A DNA stretch of 64,000 nt, taken from positions 2,304,001 through 2,368,000 of the forward strand of contig CBDEGZ010000003.1 in assembly GCA_965238175.1 (NCBI GenBank), given 5' to 3'. Each line of letters begins with the position of its first letter. Position 1 is the stretch's first letter. Made by a program: the position numbers and the translations under genes. Under the pieces are notes generated by a model that did not search any database, had not been told where the DNA came from, and was given only the letters and a program-made list of their open reading frames with translations. Origin of the DNA: Gammaproteobacteria bacterium (GTDB taxonomy: Bacteria; Pseudomonadota; Gammaproteobacteria; CAJXQU01). Positions 44,157-55,133 of the stretch are shown in pieces.

Positions 44157-44978
44157 ATGGAACAACTGGAAAAAATTATCGAAGAGAGCTTTGAGAATAT
44201 TTCTGACATCACACCGGCTAACGCCAGTGCAGAGTTGAAAGAAACTATTGAAGAATGCATTAGTAACTTAGATGCTGGCACTTACCGCGTTGCTGAGAAA
44301 AAGGGTGATGAATGGATTGTTAACCAGTGGCTTAAAAAAGCGGTACTGTTATCTTTCCGGGTAAGTGATAATGAAGTTATCTCAGAAAACTACACTAAGT
44401 TTTACGACAAGGTTCCTGGGAAATTCACTAACTACAGCGAAGAAGATTTCAAAAACAGCGGTATACGTGTGGTTCCGGCGGCAACAGCACGTCGTGGTAG
44501 CTATATCGCACCAAATACGGTTCTCATGCCTAGCTTCGTAAACATTGGTGCCTATGTTGACAGCGGCACAATGGTTGATACCTGGGTTACGGTCGGCTCA
44601 TGTGCTCAAATTGGTAAAAACGTCCATCTTTCAGGCGGTGTTGGTATTGGTGGTGTACTCGAACCATTGCAAGCAGGCCCAACGATCATTGAAGATAACT
44701 GCTTTATCGGTGCTCGATCTGAAGTGGTCGAAGGTGTTGTTGTTGGTCGTGGTTCCGTTATTTCCATGGGTGTTTATATTGGCCAAAGTACGCGCATTTA
44801 TGATCGCGCTACTGGTGAGGTCACTTATGGATATATTCCACCAGGTTCGGTGGTGGTTTCTGGTAATTTGCCTTCAAGCGATGGTAAATACAGTCTTTAC
44901 TGCGCGGTGATCGTGAAAAAGGTTGATGAAAAAACCTTGGGTAAAGTTGGAATCAACGCACTTCTCCGAGATATATAA
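44157..44978 (+). CDS. dapD: tetrahydrodipicolinate N-succinyltransferase
   Basis: [37 protein letters not shown]. Confidence 0.96.
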   Translation: MEQLEKIIEESFENISDITPANASAELKETIEECISNLDAGTYRVAEKKGDEWIVNQWLKKAVLLSFRVSDNEVISENYTKFYDKVPGKFTNYSEEDFKNSGIRVVPAATARRGSYIAPNTVLMPSFVNIGAYVDSGTMVDTWVTVGSCAQIGKNVHLSGGVGIGGVLEPLQAGPTIIEDNCFIGARSEVVEGVVVGRGSVISMGVYIGQSTRIYDRATGEVTYGYIPPGSVVVSGNLPSSDGKYSLYCAVIVKKVDEKTLGKVGINALLRDI

Positions 44979-44998
44979 GCAAGATATTTAAGAACGAT

Positions 44999-45346
44999 AT
45001 GATTCTTTACGGAATTAGCAATTGCGACACGATCAAAAAAGCTAAAAAATGGCTTTCTGATCAAATGGTCGCATTTCAGTTTCATGACTTTCGTAAAGAC
45101 GGTCTGGAAGCAGAACAATTAAAAATTTGGATCGATGCGTTAGGTTGGGAAGTGCTTTTAAACAAACGCGGAACAACCTGGCGTAAATTAGATAAATCGG
45201 ATCAAACTGATCTTGATGTAGAAAAAGCTTGCTCTCTGATGCTAAAGCACCCTGCATTGATTAAACGACCTGTCTTAGTGGCAGCCGATGAGATCATTGT
45301 TGGTTTTAAACCGGAGGAATATGTAAGGTTAATCGATCAACTCTGA
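44999..45346 (+). CDS. ArsC/Spx-family (YffB-like) protein
   Basis: YGISNCDTIKKAKKWL, NKRGTTWRKL, LIKRPVL. Confidence 0.9.
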   Translation: MILYGISNCDTIKKAKKWLSDQMVAFQFHDFRKDGLEAEQLKIWIDALGWEVLLNKRGTTWRKLDKSDQTDLDVEKACSLMLKHPALIKRPVLVAADEIIVGFKPEEYVRLIDQL

Positions 45347-45393
45347 AATATTGTTTTTTAGAGGTGCCTTCTTAAGTTTTCTGCTAAGAAATT

Positions 45394-46110
45394 CTAGTGT
45401 TGCTCTAGCTTTTTCCACAAACACTCACCACCTAAAATCTGATCAAGTTTTTCGAGCTGTTCAAAATGCATTGCTAACTCGTCTTCATGAGGTTGTACTA
45501 CGATCAAAGGCGGTCTCTGTTTTGTCTTTCTTTTACTTATCACTTTTTGATTTTGTTGTGTCTGTTCCTCATTTGAGAATAAAAGATCGGCTTGCCCACC
45601 CGTCATAAGCAGATATACATCAGCAAGAATTTCTGCATCTAATAATGCGCCATGTAATTCACGCTGTGAATTATTGACATCATAACGCTTACAAAGTGCA
45701 TCAAGATTATTCTTTTGCCCTGGGTGCATTTCACGTGCGAGAATCAAGGTATCTAATACCTTGCAATGCTGTTCCATCGTTTCCTGACTGGACTCTAATA
45801 AAGATAATTCGTAATCAAGAAAGCCTATATCAAATGGCGCATTGTGAATGATCAATTCTGCGTCATTCACAAATTCGATAAACTCATTAACTATCTCGGC
45901 AAATTTGGGTTTATCCATCAGGAATTCATTGGTGATCCCATGAACTTCCAAAGCACCTTCGTCGACATCACGCTCTGGACAAATATAATGATGAAAATGT
46001 TTATTGGTTAATTTGCGATTAACCATTTCAACACAACCAATTTCTATAATCCGATGTCCATCAGCGGTTGAGAGTCCCGTTGTTTCAGTATCGAGTACGA
46101 TTTGCCTCAT
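45394..46110 (-). CDS. dnaQ: DNA polymerase III epsilon subunit
   Basis: [28 protein letters not shown]. Confidence 0.96.
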   Translation of the reverse strand: MRQIVLDTETTGLSTADGHRIIEIGCVEMVNRKLTNKHFHHYICPERDVDEGALEVHGITNEFLMDKPKFAEIVNEFIEFVNDAELIIHNAPFDIGFLDYELSLLESSQETMEQHCKVLDTLILAREMHPGQKNNLDALCKRYDVNNSQRELHGALLDAEILADVYLLMTGGQADLLFSNEEQTQQNQKVISKRKTKQRPPLIVVQPHEDELAMHFEQLEKLDQILGGECLWKKLEQH

Positions 46111-46559
46111 GCTGGTTTTTTACCTAATAGTTCATCGATACCGTCATTGGCTAATTGATCAGCAATGTCATTTTCGACATGACCAGAATGCCCTTTTACC
46201 CATTTCCATTCGACTTCGTGTACTTCAGCCGCTTTTTCCAGTCGTTGCCATAGATCCTGGTTTTTTACTGGCTTTTTATTGGCCGTTTTCCAATCACGTT
46301 TTTTCCAACCTTCGAGCCATTTTGTAATTCCATCTTTGACATAAGAGGAATCTGTTGTCAGTGTTACCTGACAACTTCTTTTTAAGCTTTCTAGCCCCAT
46401 AATTGCCGCCATCAGTTCCATTCTATTATTGGTCGTATCATGCTCACCGCCAAACAGGCGTTTTTCATGATCTCCACAACGTAGTAATGCACCCCATCCA
46501 CCTGGGCCAGGATTTCCGCGACATGCGCCATCGGTAAAAAGTGAAACCCTATCATTCAT
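46107..46559 (-). CDS. rnhA: ribonuclease HI
   Basis: [30 protein letters not shown]. Confidence 0.97.
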   Translation of the reverse strand: MNDRVSLFTDGACRGNPGPGGWGALLRCGDHEKRLFGGEHDTTNNRMELMAAIMGLESLKRSCQVTLTTDSSYVKDGITKWLEGWKKRDWKTANKKPVKNQDLWQRLEKAAEVHEVEWKWVKGHSGHVENDIADQLANDGIDELLGKKPA

Positions 46560-47355
46560 ATTTTGATCTGCTTTGTGTTTTAGTCGCGCGCGTCGTTGGC
46601 TCTGTTAAACCAGATGCAATAAGCCTTCGACGAATTCGCCATTCTACTTTGGTTGGAGTTATTGGTATCAGACGTTTTTTACCAATTATCATATAGGTAC
46701 CACCAAACCAGGGACAGAGATAATTACCCAATTTTTCTAAAAAAACGAGTCGCTTCATTATCCAGGAGGTTTTAACAGGTGGTCGAAAAAACATATATCT
46801 GGTTTTAACTACCTCAAACCCCAGTAGACCTAGCCAATCTTTAACCCGGGCAGCCCGATAAAAATGTCCACTCCAGGGAGGATTTTCTCGCCACGCTAAT
46901 AACATGCGCCATATCCCCCATAAGCTTAGCGGGTTAAAACCGATAATGATCAGACGCCCTTCTCCGATCAAAACCCTTTCTATCTCACGCAGGATATCGT
47001 GAGGATCTTCTTCATACTCCAATACATGCGGTAACAGGGCGACATCGACACTATTCTCATCTATTGGTAGATGTGTGGATCTACAAATGAGATGCCCATC
47101 CTGAATGACGTCTTGTGGATAAAGATCAAATAAAACCTGGTGCGAAATACGGCTTGATTCCAATAGTGTTGAGTCATTTAACGCGCCTAACTGAAGTATG
47201 TGATAGCCGAAAAGAAGTGGAAGCTCTTCTTCAAGTTGCCTCTTTTCAACATTAAAAAGCGCATCGCCTGCATGGCTTTTAAACCACTTTCGTAAACGTT
47301 GTCTTTTAGTTTCCTTGGGTTGGATTTCTTTAGACTCTACTTCGTTTGTCGTCAT
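46552..47355 (-). CDS. YafS-like class I SAM methyltransferase
   Basis: [25 protein letters not shown]; rnhA synteny. Confidence 0.85.
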   Translation of the reverse strand: MTTNEVESKEIQPKETKRQRLRKWFKSHAGDALFNVEKRQLEEELPLLFGYHILQLGALNDSTLLESSRISHQVLFDLYPQDVIQDGHLICRSTHLPIDENSVDVALLPHVLEYEEDPHDILREIERVLIGEGRLIIIGFNPLSLWGIWRMLLAWRENPPWSGHFYRAARVKDWLGLLGFEVVKTRYMFFRPPVKTSWIMKRLVFLEKLGNYLCPWFGGTYMIIGKKRLIPITPTKVEWRIRRRLIASGLTEPTTRATKTQSRSKYE

Positions 47356-47440
47356 GCGTGGATTTTACAATATAATCTGTTCTTATATCGACAATCAGTA
47401 ACATTAGTATCGATAAAGTCGTTAGATCACTTGACCTTAG

Positions 47441-48895
47441 ATGAACAACTCCTTAGGATCGCGACATGTTTTTGGGAACCGAAGCGTGATCTGCAGGTTT
47501 ACAGCTGCAATATCAGCAATTACAACAGTTTTTTTATTAGCAGGGTGTACAAGTTTAACACTTGAACAGGCACCCGACCCTAAAGAAACCACGTCTGGTG
47601 AGTTTTTTGTTGAATCTAAATCCCCTCCCCAAGTAGAGGAGATCCAAGTAGTCAACCCTTTTCCACAGCAGTTTTTCGAAATTGATGATCTCTGGAATCA
47701 TATTCGCAAGAGTGAGAGTCTAGCGACTTCCGCAAATGACGCTTCTCGCAAACAGGTTCAAAATCAGCTTGCAGAACTCAGGAAAAATCAACATTTTTTT
47801 GATGTGATGGCCACTCGCGCAACACCTTATATTCATCACATCATCGATGAGCTAAATAAGCGTAACATGCCACTTTATATCTCCCTATTACCCATCATTG
47901 AAAGTGGTTATCAAGTAAAAGTCACCTCATCTCAAAAAGCGGCGGGATTGTGGCAGATCATACCCTCAACAGGCAAATCTCTAGGGCTAAAACAAAACTG
48001 GTGGTATGACGGACGACGAGATTTGATCGCTTCAACCAATGCAGCATTGGACTATCTACAACAACTGCATGACCGCTTTGATGACTGGCAACTAACACTG
48101 GCAGCTTATAATAGTGGCGGAGCTACCGTCGCAAATGCTATAAAGAAAAATAAGCGTCTCGGTAAACCAACAGACTACTGGTCATTATCTCTTCCACCTG
48201 AAACAGAAAAATATATTCCAAAATTAATCGCACTTGAAATGGTGATAAAATCACCATCAAACTACAATGTGGAACTTATGACCATACCAAATCAACCGAT
48301 GTTTAAGGTGGTCGATTTAAAAGGACAGATCCAACTTCAAAAGGTGGCTGAACTGGCAAATGTTGAGTATGAGAAATTACGCATTCTTAATGCAGGTTTT
48401 AAACGTTGGGCGACTGATCCAGATGGACCTCATCAGCTACTTATTCCAGAAAACTCTGCTGAACAACTTAAATACGCACTTGCAGCTTTGCCAGAAGAAG
48501 AACGTATTGAATTGAAAAATCACACAATTACATCGGGCGAATCACTTTGGACGATCGCCAGGAAATACGATATCAGCATTAATCTGTTGAAAAGAACTAA
48601 TCACTTAACAACCGATAAACTCCGAATTGGAAAGAACCTTCTTATCCCGGCAGGAGCTGTGCCTGAATCGATTGTTTCTACTGTACCCACCAGTACAACA
48701 AAAATACCCGCGCTCAAAAATAATAAATACCGCGTTAAAAGTGGTGATTCACTCTGGTTAATCGCCAGACGATTTGATATCCATGTAAAACAAATTCTTG
48801 AATGGAATGACTTGAAAAAAGATCAGATTATAAAACCTGGTGAGGATTTAAAGATACTCATAGAGAAGCCGATACTAAACGCTGTCTCTCTCTAA
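47441..48895 (+). CDS. mltD: membrane-bound lytic murein transglycosylase D (LysM)
   Basis: Lipobox LAGC, IIESG, AAGLWQ, AAYNSG, ETEKYIPK, two LysM repeats; true start may lie slightly downstream. Confidence 0.88.
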   Translation: MNNSLGSRHVFGNRSVICRFTAAISAITTVFLLAGCTSLTLEQAPDPKETTSGEFFVESKSPPQVEEIQVVNPFPQQFFEIDDLWNHIRKSESLATSANDASRKQVQNQLAELRKNQHFFDVMATRATPYIHHIIDELNKRNMPLYISLLPIIESGYQVKVTSSQKAAGLWQIIPSTGKSLGLKQNWWYDGRRDLIASTNAALDYLQQLHDRFDDWQLTLAAYNSGGATVANAIKKNKRLGKPTDYWSLSLPPETEKYIPKLIALEMVIKSPSNYNVELMTIPNQPMFKVVDLKGQIQLQKVAELANVEYEKLRILNAGFKRWATDPDGPHQLLIPENSAEQLKYALAALPEEERIELKNHTITSGESLWTIARKYDISINLLKRTNHLTTDKLRIGKNLLIPAGAVPESIVSTVPTSTTKIPALKNNKYRVKSGDSLWLIARRFDIHVKQILEWNDLKKDQIIKPGEDLKILIEKPILNAVSL

Positions 48896-48918
48896 AAATT
48901 ACAGACAAGAGGTAGCTA

Positions 48919-51084
48919 ATGATAAATCTGATTAAAGTGCCTTTGCGATGGCTCTTCACTCTTCTCTTTAAAGTAAAAGTAGAAGACGTAGAGAATTATC
49001 ATGCTGCAGGCGATCGTGTTTTGATCGTAGCTAATCACACCTCGCTAATGGACGTTGCTCTGCTTTACCTATTTCTCCCTGATCAAGCCACTTATGCAGT
49101 GAATACGCATATTCATAAAAAATGGTATTTCAAACCTTTTTTCTTATTTTCTGATGTTTTTGTACTCGATCCACTTAACCCACACTCTTTAAAATCTCTG
49201 ATTAAATTTTTAAAACAAAAAAATAAGGCAGTTATATTTCCAGAGGGCAGGATCACAACAACGGGTACCTTAATGAAGGTCTATGATGGCACTGGAATGG
49301 TTGCGGCTCACTCAGAAGCAATGGTTCTCCCAATTGGGATTGCTGGGGCAGAGCATTCAAAATATTCCTATATGAAGGGACGCTATAAACTTTCTTGGCT
49401 GCCCAGAATTACTATGAAGTTCCATCCGCCCATGCGCATCATTGCACCTGATAAAACTGATCCTTCTGATACTCGACCAAGTACAACTCAACAGATGACA
49501 GATCTAATGCTTGATGTGGTTGCTTTCAATAACATTGATTCAGATCGAACCCTATTCATAGCCCTGCTCGATGCAATGCGAATGAATAGCGGCAGTATGC
49601 AAATTGCCGAAGATATCAATCGTGAGCCCATTACCTATCGACAATTGGTTACACGTAGTTTTGTCCTCGGAAAAATAATCGCTTCCGAAACATCCACTGG
49701 AGAAAGTATTGGCGTTTTACTTCCTAATACCGTTGGAAACCTTGTCACCTTAATGAGCTTGCAATGCTACGGTCGAGTACCAGCCATGCTGAATTTTACC
49801 GCTGGTCCGCAAGGTTTGATCACCGCTTGTGAGACAGCTTCGGTCAACGTTGTTTATAGCTCAAGAGCTTTCGTCGAAAAAGGTGGACTAGAAAGTAGTA
49901 TTGAAGCTTTGGAAAAAGTCGTCAAAGTGATCTACCTGGAAGATTTACGTAATCAAATAACAACTGTTGATAAACTAAAAGGCTTCGCTAAAAGCTATTT
50001 TCCTTATATGGCTCACAAAAAAATAGCTGATCAAATCCGTTGTGATGATCGCGCAGTCATACTTTTTACTTCAGGTTCAGAAGGTGTCCCCAAAGGGGTG
50101 ATCTTATCTCATAAAAACATCATCTCAAACTATGCTCAAGCACATACTTATATCGGTCTAAATAAAACAGACTTAGTGCTTAATTGCTTACCGATGTTTC
50201 ATTCCTTTGGTTTCACAGGTGGAACCATTTTACCTTTGTTTGATGGTGCAAAAATCTTCTTCTACCCCACTCCACTGCATTATCGAGTTATTCCCGAACT
50301 CTGTTACCAACTCAATGCAACAGTGATTTTTGGAACCAACACCTTCCTCGCCGGATACGCAAAAAACGCACACCCAGCAGATCTACAATCTTTACGCTAT
50401 GTTGTCGCAGGAGCTGAAAAGTTACAGGATGATACCCGTACACTCTGGAACGAAAAATTTGGTATTCGTATCCTCGAAGGTTATGGAGCTACAGAGTGCA
50501 GCCCAGTTGTTGCGGTCAATACGCCTCTTTACACGAAAATGAACACGGTAGGGCGTTTAGTGTCAGGAATGGATTACTACCTTGAACCTGTAGAAGGTTT
50601 AGAGGTTGGTGGACGACTTTTTGTTTCTGGTCCAAATATTATGAGCGGATATTTGTTTCATAATGGCGATGGTGAGGTTGTTCCACCTCAAACAGATCGT
50701 GGGGTTGGCTGGTATGACACTGGTGACATTGTCACAATCGATGAACAAAAATATATTACGATACAAGGGCGTGCAAAACGTTTCGCTAAAATTGGTGGTG
50801 AGATGGTTTCATTAACACGCGTGGAAGATCTTGCTAATGCAACCTGGCCGAATAAACTTCATGCAGCGACTGTTGTTCCTGACAGCAAAAAAGGTGAGCA
50901 GATAGTGCTGATCACTGAGCATGAAGGCGCCGTTCGAAAAGATCTGACAAAACAAGCGAAACAAGATGGATTATCTGAGCTCGCTGTGCCCAAAAAAGTA
51001 ATGGTTGTAAAAGCAGTTCCTATTCTGGGAACTGGAAAGGTAGATTATCCAGGTGTTGCCGATCTAGTTAAAGACGCAACTTAA
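48919..51084 (+). CDS. aas: acyl-GPE acyltransferase / acyl-ACP synthetase
   Basis: NHTSLMD, FPEGRIT, FTSGSEGVPKG, GYGATE, WYDTGD, RFAKIGGEMVSL. Confidence 0.9.
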   Translation: MINLIKVPLRWLFTLLFKVKVEDVENYHAAGDRVLIVANHTSLMDVALLYLFLPDQATYAVNTHIHKKWYFKPFFLFSDVFVLDPLNPHSLKSLIKFLKQKNKAVIFPEGRITTTGTLMKVYDGTGMVAAHSEAMVLPIGIAGAEHSKYSYMKGRYKLSWLPRITMKFHPPMRIIAPDKTDPSDTRPSTTQQMTDLMLDVVAFNNIDSDRTLFIALLDAMRMNSGSMQIAEDINREPITYRQLVTRSFVLGKIIASETSTGESIGVLLPNTVGNLVTLMSLQCYGRVPAMLNFTAGPQGLITACETASVNVVYSSRAFVEKGGLESSIEALEKVVKVIYLEDLRNQITTVDKLKGFAKSYFPYMAHKKIADQIRCDDRAVILFTSGSEGVPKGVILSHKNIISNYAQAHTYIGLNKTDLVLNCLPMFHSFGFTGGTILPLFDGAKIFFYPTPLHYRVIPELCYQLNATVIFGTNTFLAGYAKNAHPADLQSLRYVVAGAEKLQDDTRTLWNEKFGIRILEGYGATECSPVVAVNTPLYTKMNTVGRLVSGMDYYLEPVEGLEVGGRLFVSGPNIMSGYLFHNGDGEVVPPQTDRGVGWYDTGDIVTIDEQKYITIQGRAKRFAKIGGEMVSLTRVEDLANATWPNKLHAATVVPDSKKGEQIVLITEHEGAVRKDLTKQAKQDGLSELAVPKKVMVVKAVPILGTGKVDYPGVADLVKDAT

Positions 51085-51369
51085 TAGATCACTTAACCTA
51101 CATAAATGCACCACAGGTAGTAGTTTCACCTATGAAAGTAAATAAACTAATACCCGTTTCCCTTTTAAAATAGACTGGCTTTTTATGCGATAGATTTGGT
51201 GTGTTTTAGTTAACTTTTAATTAGGAATGATTACAGAACATGTCTCTTAAGCATATAATATTTAGAGAGATAAAATTGGTTGAGTCTCACTTTTCGTTTA
51301 TTTCAGAATGTTTTTATGCCCCATTTATGGGGTATATTTCTAGTTAGGACTCACAGCAGGTAAGTCGAT

Positions 51370-51573
51370 ATGGAAGCAAAGCTCAAACATCTCGAAATGA
51401 TCCAAGCTGTTATAAACCGAATGGCTGGAAATTCGTTTCTACTAAAGGGTTGGAGCGTTACATTGGTATCTGCATTGTTCGCTCTTGCTGCAAAAGATAC
51501 GAACTATTTTTTCATTTACCTTACATATTTTCCATCGCTATCGCTCGCACCCCATAGCATAGGCGTTATGTAA
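51370..51573 (+). pseudogene. truncated cassette ORF, membrane protein family KHLEMIQxVINRMAxNSF
   Basis: N-terminal half only; reads directly into a half attC (TCGCTCGCACCCCATAGCATAGGCGTTATGT), implying a deletion. Confidence 0.65.
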
Positions 51574-51577
51574 AAAC

Positions 51578-51969
51578 ATGAAAACTATCTACTGTATAAA
51601 AACTGATGGAATCAACGGGTACATAGAAGGTGTTAATAATCAAATTATCTCTTCCAATCCATCATACCATGAAAAATTTGGCTTGATAGGTTCAGACAAA
51701 TGGATAACCTTATATGAGGCTGGGAAAATTTCAAAAGATGTGAGGGCTGGAAGAATTTCATATATTGGTAAAGATAGATATGAACCCGACTGTGAACCAG
51801 ATGTAATTGAAATTGAAACTGACAGACGAACAATTTCCTACCCTAATGAAAAGGTTATTGGTTATCCGATGCAGTATCATTAGATCAATGGGTGAGTATT
51901 GAGTCTGTTAAAGTAAAGCTTCCAGAAGTAACATCGATTATTGATGTCAAAGTTGTACTATTGGCATAA
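51578..51969 (+). pseudogene. frameshifted cassette ORF, hypothetical protein
   Basis: Alternative frame after about 51850 (GYWLSDAVSLDQWV...VVLLA*) stops at 51969, 2 nt before attC R''. Confidence 0.6.
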
Positions 51970-51971
51970 GT

Positions 51972-52032
51972 ACATAACGAGTTGCTTCATCAGAACCTCG
52001 CTTCGCTCGTTCTGCTTAGCAAGGCGTTATGG
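51972..52032 (+). repeat. attC site (61 bp)
   Basis: ACATAAC-gagTTGCT-tcatCAGAAC-ctcgcttcgctc-GTTCTG-cttAGCAA-ggc-GTTATGG imperfect hairpin. Confidence 0.88.
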
Positions 52033-52042
52033 GTAAAAATGT

Positions 52043-52393
52043 ATGAACAGAGTATGGCGAGAAATAGCGGATCCCACAAAGCACTCTGATTTCATGAGTA
52101 CCACCAATGAAGGCGGTATCCCCATAGAAAAGAGCAGAGACAACTTAATTCAAAAGTGGGTATATTTGGCTGACGTTTGCAATTTTACTTTTCAATTCGC
52201 AAACATTGATCAAGTAAAGGAAGCAAAAGCTTACTTTGAAACAAAAGTTCACCCATCAACGCGGGGAGACCATCCGCCATTTGAACATTACTGGCATCCT
52301 TGGTATTGCAAATTACCCAGGGGAATCAATAAAGGGGCAAAGCGTCAAAAGGTACTAAAGGCGCTTAACAGTATATTAAATCAATGGGCATAA
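52043..52393 (+). CDS. cassette hypothetical protein (116 aa)
   Basis: Bracketed by TTATGGGTAA / TTACCCATAA complementary boxes; distant similarity to 56942-57346. Confidence 0.75.
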   Translation: MNRVWREIADPTKHSDFMSTTNEGGIPIEKSRDNLIQKWVYLADVCNFTFQFANIDQVKEAKAYFETKVHPSTRGDHPPFEHYWHPWYCKLPRGINKGAKRQKVLKALNSILNQWA

Positions 52394-52518
52394 TTACCCA
52401 TAAAAGGAAACATCGTTTCATTACTACTATTCTATTGGATACAGCTACTTTTTTTCTAGCTATAAAAAACATTAAATTACTAAAATACATTTTGGGTAAC
52501 TCTTAGGCTAGAAATGCA

Positions 52519-52734
52519 ATGCTGGCTTATGCTGTTTTAAACGTGGTTTTAATTCTATTCTTAGTATTTTTCATTCCAGAGAATAATGCTCTTGTAATGT
52601 GGATTGCTTTAATGCTTATGGCGCTGTTAGCTGCCATGTACTTTTATTTCTTTAAAAGCCAACGCGGTAAAGATGTTTTCAATAATTTTTATGGAAAAGC
52701 TAACAAAGCAATGTTACTAAAAGTCAAAGACTAG
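52519..52734 (+). CDS. small 2-TM membrane protein, probable cassette remnant
   Basis: Hydrophobic; 3' end reads through AGCTAACAAAGCA (R''-like; 'ANK' read-through is typical of cassette ORFs). Confidence 0.45.
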   Translation: MLAYAVLNVVLILFLVFFIPENNALVMWIALMLMALLAAMYFYFFKSQRGKDVFNNFYGKANKAMLLKVKD

Positions 52735-52895
52735 GCTACCGCCCACAAATAAGTAGGTACAGGCCTTTCAAAATCGTATTACTCATTCAGTAATCAAGCA
52801 ACTCCAATATGAAACATTGGGCTTATACTCAAGAATTATAGGAGTCCAGTAAAATCAACCTTACAAATCTCACACATGAACAAACTTATTTCTGA

Positions 52896-53831
52896 TCAGT
52901 TTCTCTTTTTACGACGTGTTTTCTTGTTTTCTTTTTCTAGGCGCTTAGCCGCTTTTTTAGCACGTATAATTTCAAGTTCAGCCAATTCTTTTTTCATATC
53001 GGTAGGCAATTCAAGACTAATATTGCCCAGTTCACCGGTTCTAAATTCGATCAAAAATAATCTCGAAACTTTTTCCAGATCAACACTTCCTCCAGAACGT
53101 AAGCAGCCTCGTTTTGATCCAATTAATTCTAGTAATTCAAGTTCCGTTCCAGGCACAGAATCAAGTTTATATCGCACAGCAAGAAGTTCTGGATAGTTTT
53201 TGATCAAATATTCTGCCAGAAAAAAAGCCACGGCTGGATAATCCATTGCCGTGTCTCGAACAGCACCCGTAGCGGCTAAGCGAAAACCACTATTTTTATT
53301 TTCAACATTCGGCCATAAAATGCCCGGCGTATCCAATAATAGAAAATCTTCTTCTAATTTGATCCGTTGTTGTCCTTTTGTAACCGCCGGTTCATTGCCG
53401 GTTTTTGCAATAGTTCGTCCAGCCAGTTTATTGATCAATGTTGATTTTCCGGCATTCGGTATTCCAACAATCATCGCTGTTATTCGGCGATTATTATTGT
53501 CGATTTTATCTCTAATTTTTTCGCGGATTATACTCGGTAATTTTTTTATTGTTTCAGGTTTTTTAGTCGTGATTGGAATCGCTGCTTCGGTATTTTTTTG
53601 TTGATCAAAATACACTATCCACTGTTTTGTGATTTCACTATCGGCAAGATCGATTTTGCTCAAAATTTTAATGCATGGCTTATCACCACGTAGATCGGCA
53701 AGCATTGGGTTTTCGCTACTAAAAGGAATTCGCGAATCAAGGATCTCTATGATCAAATCAACCTTAGGTAAGGATTCTTTGATCTCTTTTTTGGCCTTGT
53801 ACATATGGCCGGGATACCACTGGATTTGCAT
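52896..53831 (-). CDS. rbgA: ribosome biogenesis GTPase RbgA/YlqF
   Basis: IQWYPGHM, DSRIPFSSENP, GIPNAGKSTLIN, DTPGILWP (circularly permuted GTPase). Confidence 0.93.
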   Translation of the reverse strand: MQIQWYPGHMYKAKKEIKESLPKVDLIIEILDSRIPFSSENPMLADLRGDKPCIKILSKIDLADSEITKQWIVYFDQQKNTEAAIPITTKKPETIKKLPSIIREKIRDKIDNNNRRITAMIVGIPNAGKSTLINKLAGRTIAKTGNEPAVTKGQQRIKLEEDFLLLDTPGILWPNVENKNSGFRLAATGAVRDTAMDYPAVAFFLAEYLIKNYPELLAVRYKLDSVPGTELELLELIGSKRGCLRSGGSVDLEKVSRLFLIEFRTGELGNISLELPTDMKKELAELEIIRAKKAAKRLEKENKKTRRKKRN

Positions 53832-53913
53832 TAGCTTTCTAGATTCATATGAAAACCAAAGAGAGTATCAGGAATTAATGATTTAACCAGCAGATTAAAC
53901 CTAATTAACCTGA

Positions 53914-54380
53914 TGTGATGGTCCCCTCCCCCTTTCCAGCATCTCGGTGCCATGATTGAGCTTTACAAACAATCAACTGGGAGAAGGCCACCATGATGAT
54001 TACAACAATTGGATTAGACATAGCAAAAAACGTATTTCATATTGTTTGCTATAATAAACAAGGGTGATTAATCAGCAAGAAAATACTAAAGCGAGCATAC
54101 GTCTTGTCATTTTTCCAATCACAACCAGCTTGCCTGGTGACAATAGAACCCTACGCAATTTTGCAGTATTGGGCCCGCGCGATACAACACCATGGACATC
54201 AAGTGAAGCTGCTACCTCCCAACATGTCCACGCGTATTGATAACAAGAATGATTATAACGATGCCCTGGCCATCGCCGTTGCCGCGAACCACCAAGTATA
54301 GGGCTGATAGTTCCGAGTGCGTATTTCAATGAAGTGGGGAATGAGGCACATGATCGTAACGGACGTAATATATCTGCGTT
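53914..54380 (+). mobile_element. IS110-family (IS1111 group) remnant with internal deletion
   Basis: From ATG 53993: MMITTIGLDIAKNVFHIV..*..YWARAIQHHGHQVKLLPP..NKNDYNDALAI (DEDD RuvC-like domain); in-frame TGA; C-terminal domain missing. Confidence 0.82.
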
Positions 54381-54550
54381 ATTTTTATTATGTATTTTCT
54401 TCTTTGAGATCCATTAGATCTTTTTCAGTAACCCAGTCAGCGGTTTCAGATATGACCTCTTAACTAGCCAAGTAAATATATTTTTATATTTGGCTTTGGT
54501 TGAGAGGCATTCGGCCTCTCGTTTATCTGATCAAGTTAGATGGAAGCTTA

Positions 54551-54613
54551 TTACAGCTTTTTGCACTTCTCCATTGCTGATTCAAGTTTCTTTATATCTT
54601 CGATAATACTCAT
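54551..54613 (-). pseudogene. 20-codon mini-cassette ORF (MSIIEDIKKLESAMEKCKKL)
   Basis: Lies between R' GTTAGAT (54626-32) and a matching ATCTAAC (54535-41); probably internally deleted. Confidence 0.4.
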
Positions 54614-54625
54614 ATCTATCCGCGT

Positions 54626-54730
54626 ATCTAACATCCAGCTCACTGAGCAAATTTTTGATGGCGGCTTTTGTGTATGTTTCTGCGCAAAAGGTGACAGTGG
54701 AAGTTTGTCTGATGCAGCCGTTAGTTATGT
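54626..54730 (-). repeat. attC site (105 bp)
   Basis: Minus strand ACATAAC...CTTTTGCGCAG...CACAAAAG...GTTAGAT immediately after the stop of 54734-55120. Confidence 0.85.
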
Positions 54731-54733
54731 GTT

Positions 54734-55120
54734 TTAGTCTCCAAAGAATAGCACGGCTTTATTGCTCTCTTTGGCTTCTAAAACTATGGCTTTGAACTTG
54801 CTTAAGAAATTAGTAAATTCAGATTTTGACACCGTTTTGTATATTTCTTTTTTTTCGGGTTTAATTTGTGTGCCTACATGCTCTTTCCATATGTCGGTTT
54901 TCTTTTGAACTCTATCACCGACTTCACGCACCAATCTTTCTAAGTGCGCTAATTCATAAGGTTTAAAAATTGCGTAATCATATAATGTAACAAGTTTACC
55001 CGTTACTTTATGAAGCTTTTCGAATTCAGGACTGATAACCCAAAAGTAAACTTCTGGATCAAAGGCGAGCCTTACATGCATTGTTTCAAAGTCATCACCA
55101 ATTCCTATTGTAAGAGACAT
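54734..55120 (-). CDS. cassette hypothetical protein (128 aa, immunity-protein-like)
   Basis: Flanked by GTTATGT and ACATAAC; ends VLFFGD. Confidence 0.75.
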   Translation of the reverse strand: MSLTIGIGDDFETMHVRLAFDPEVYFWVISPEFEKLHKVTGKLVTLYDYAIFKPYELAHLERLVREVGDRVQKKTDIWKEHVGTQIKPEKKEIYKTVSKSEFTNFLSKFKAIVLEAKESNKAVLFFGD

Positions 55121-55133
55121 AACCGATTCCTAT

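Larger units (their letters stand above)
51343..52760 (+). mobile_element. integron-type gene cassette array A (no integrase; partly degraded)
   Basis: GTTRRRY-type boxes at 51343, 51565 and 52026, each just upstream of a short ORF; complementary R'' boxes after the ORFs (ACATAAC 51972; TTACCCATAA 52394). Confidence 0.82.

Noticed and set aside
44999-45346. ArsC-family gene as part of the arsenic system
   Set aside because: YffB-type protein in its usual dap-operon context, 10 kb from the arsS cluster
54458-54541. Full attC after the mini-cassette
   Set aside because: End boxes are present but the interior forms two separate small hairpins, not one attC stem; at best degenerate
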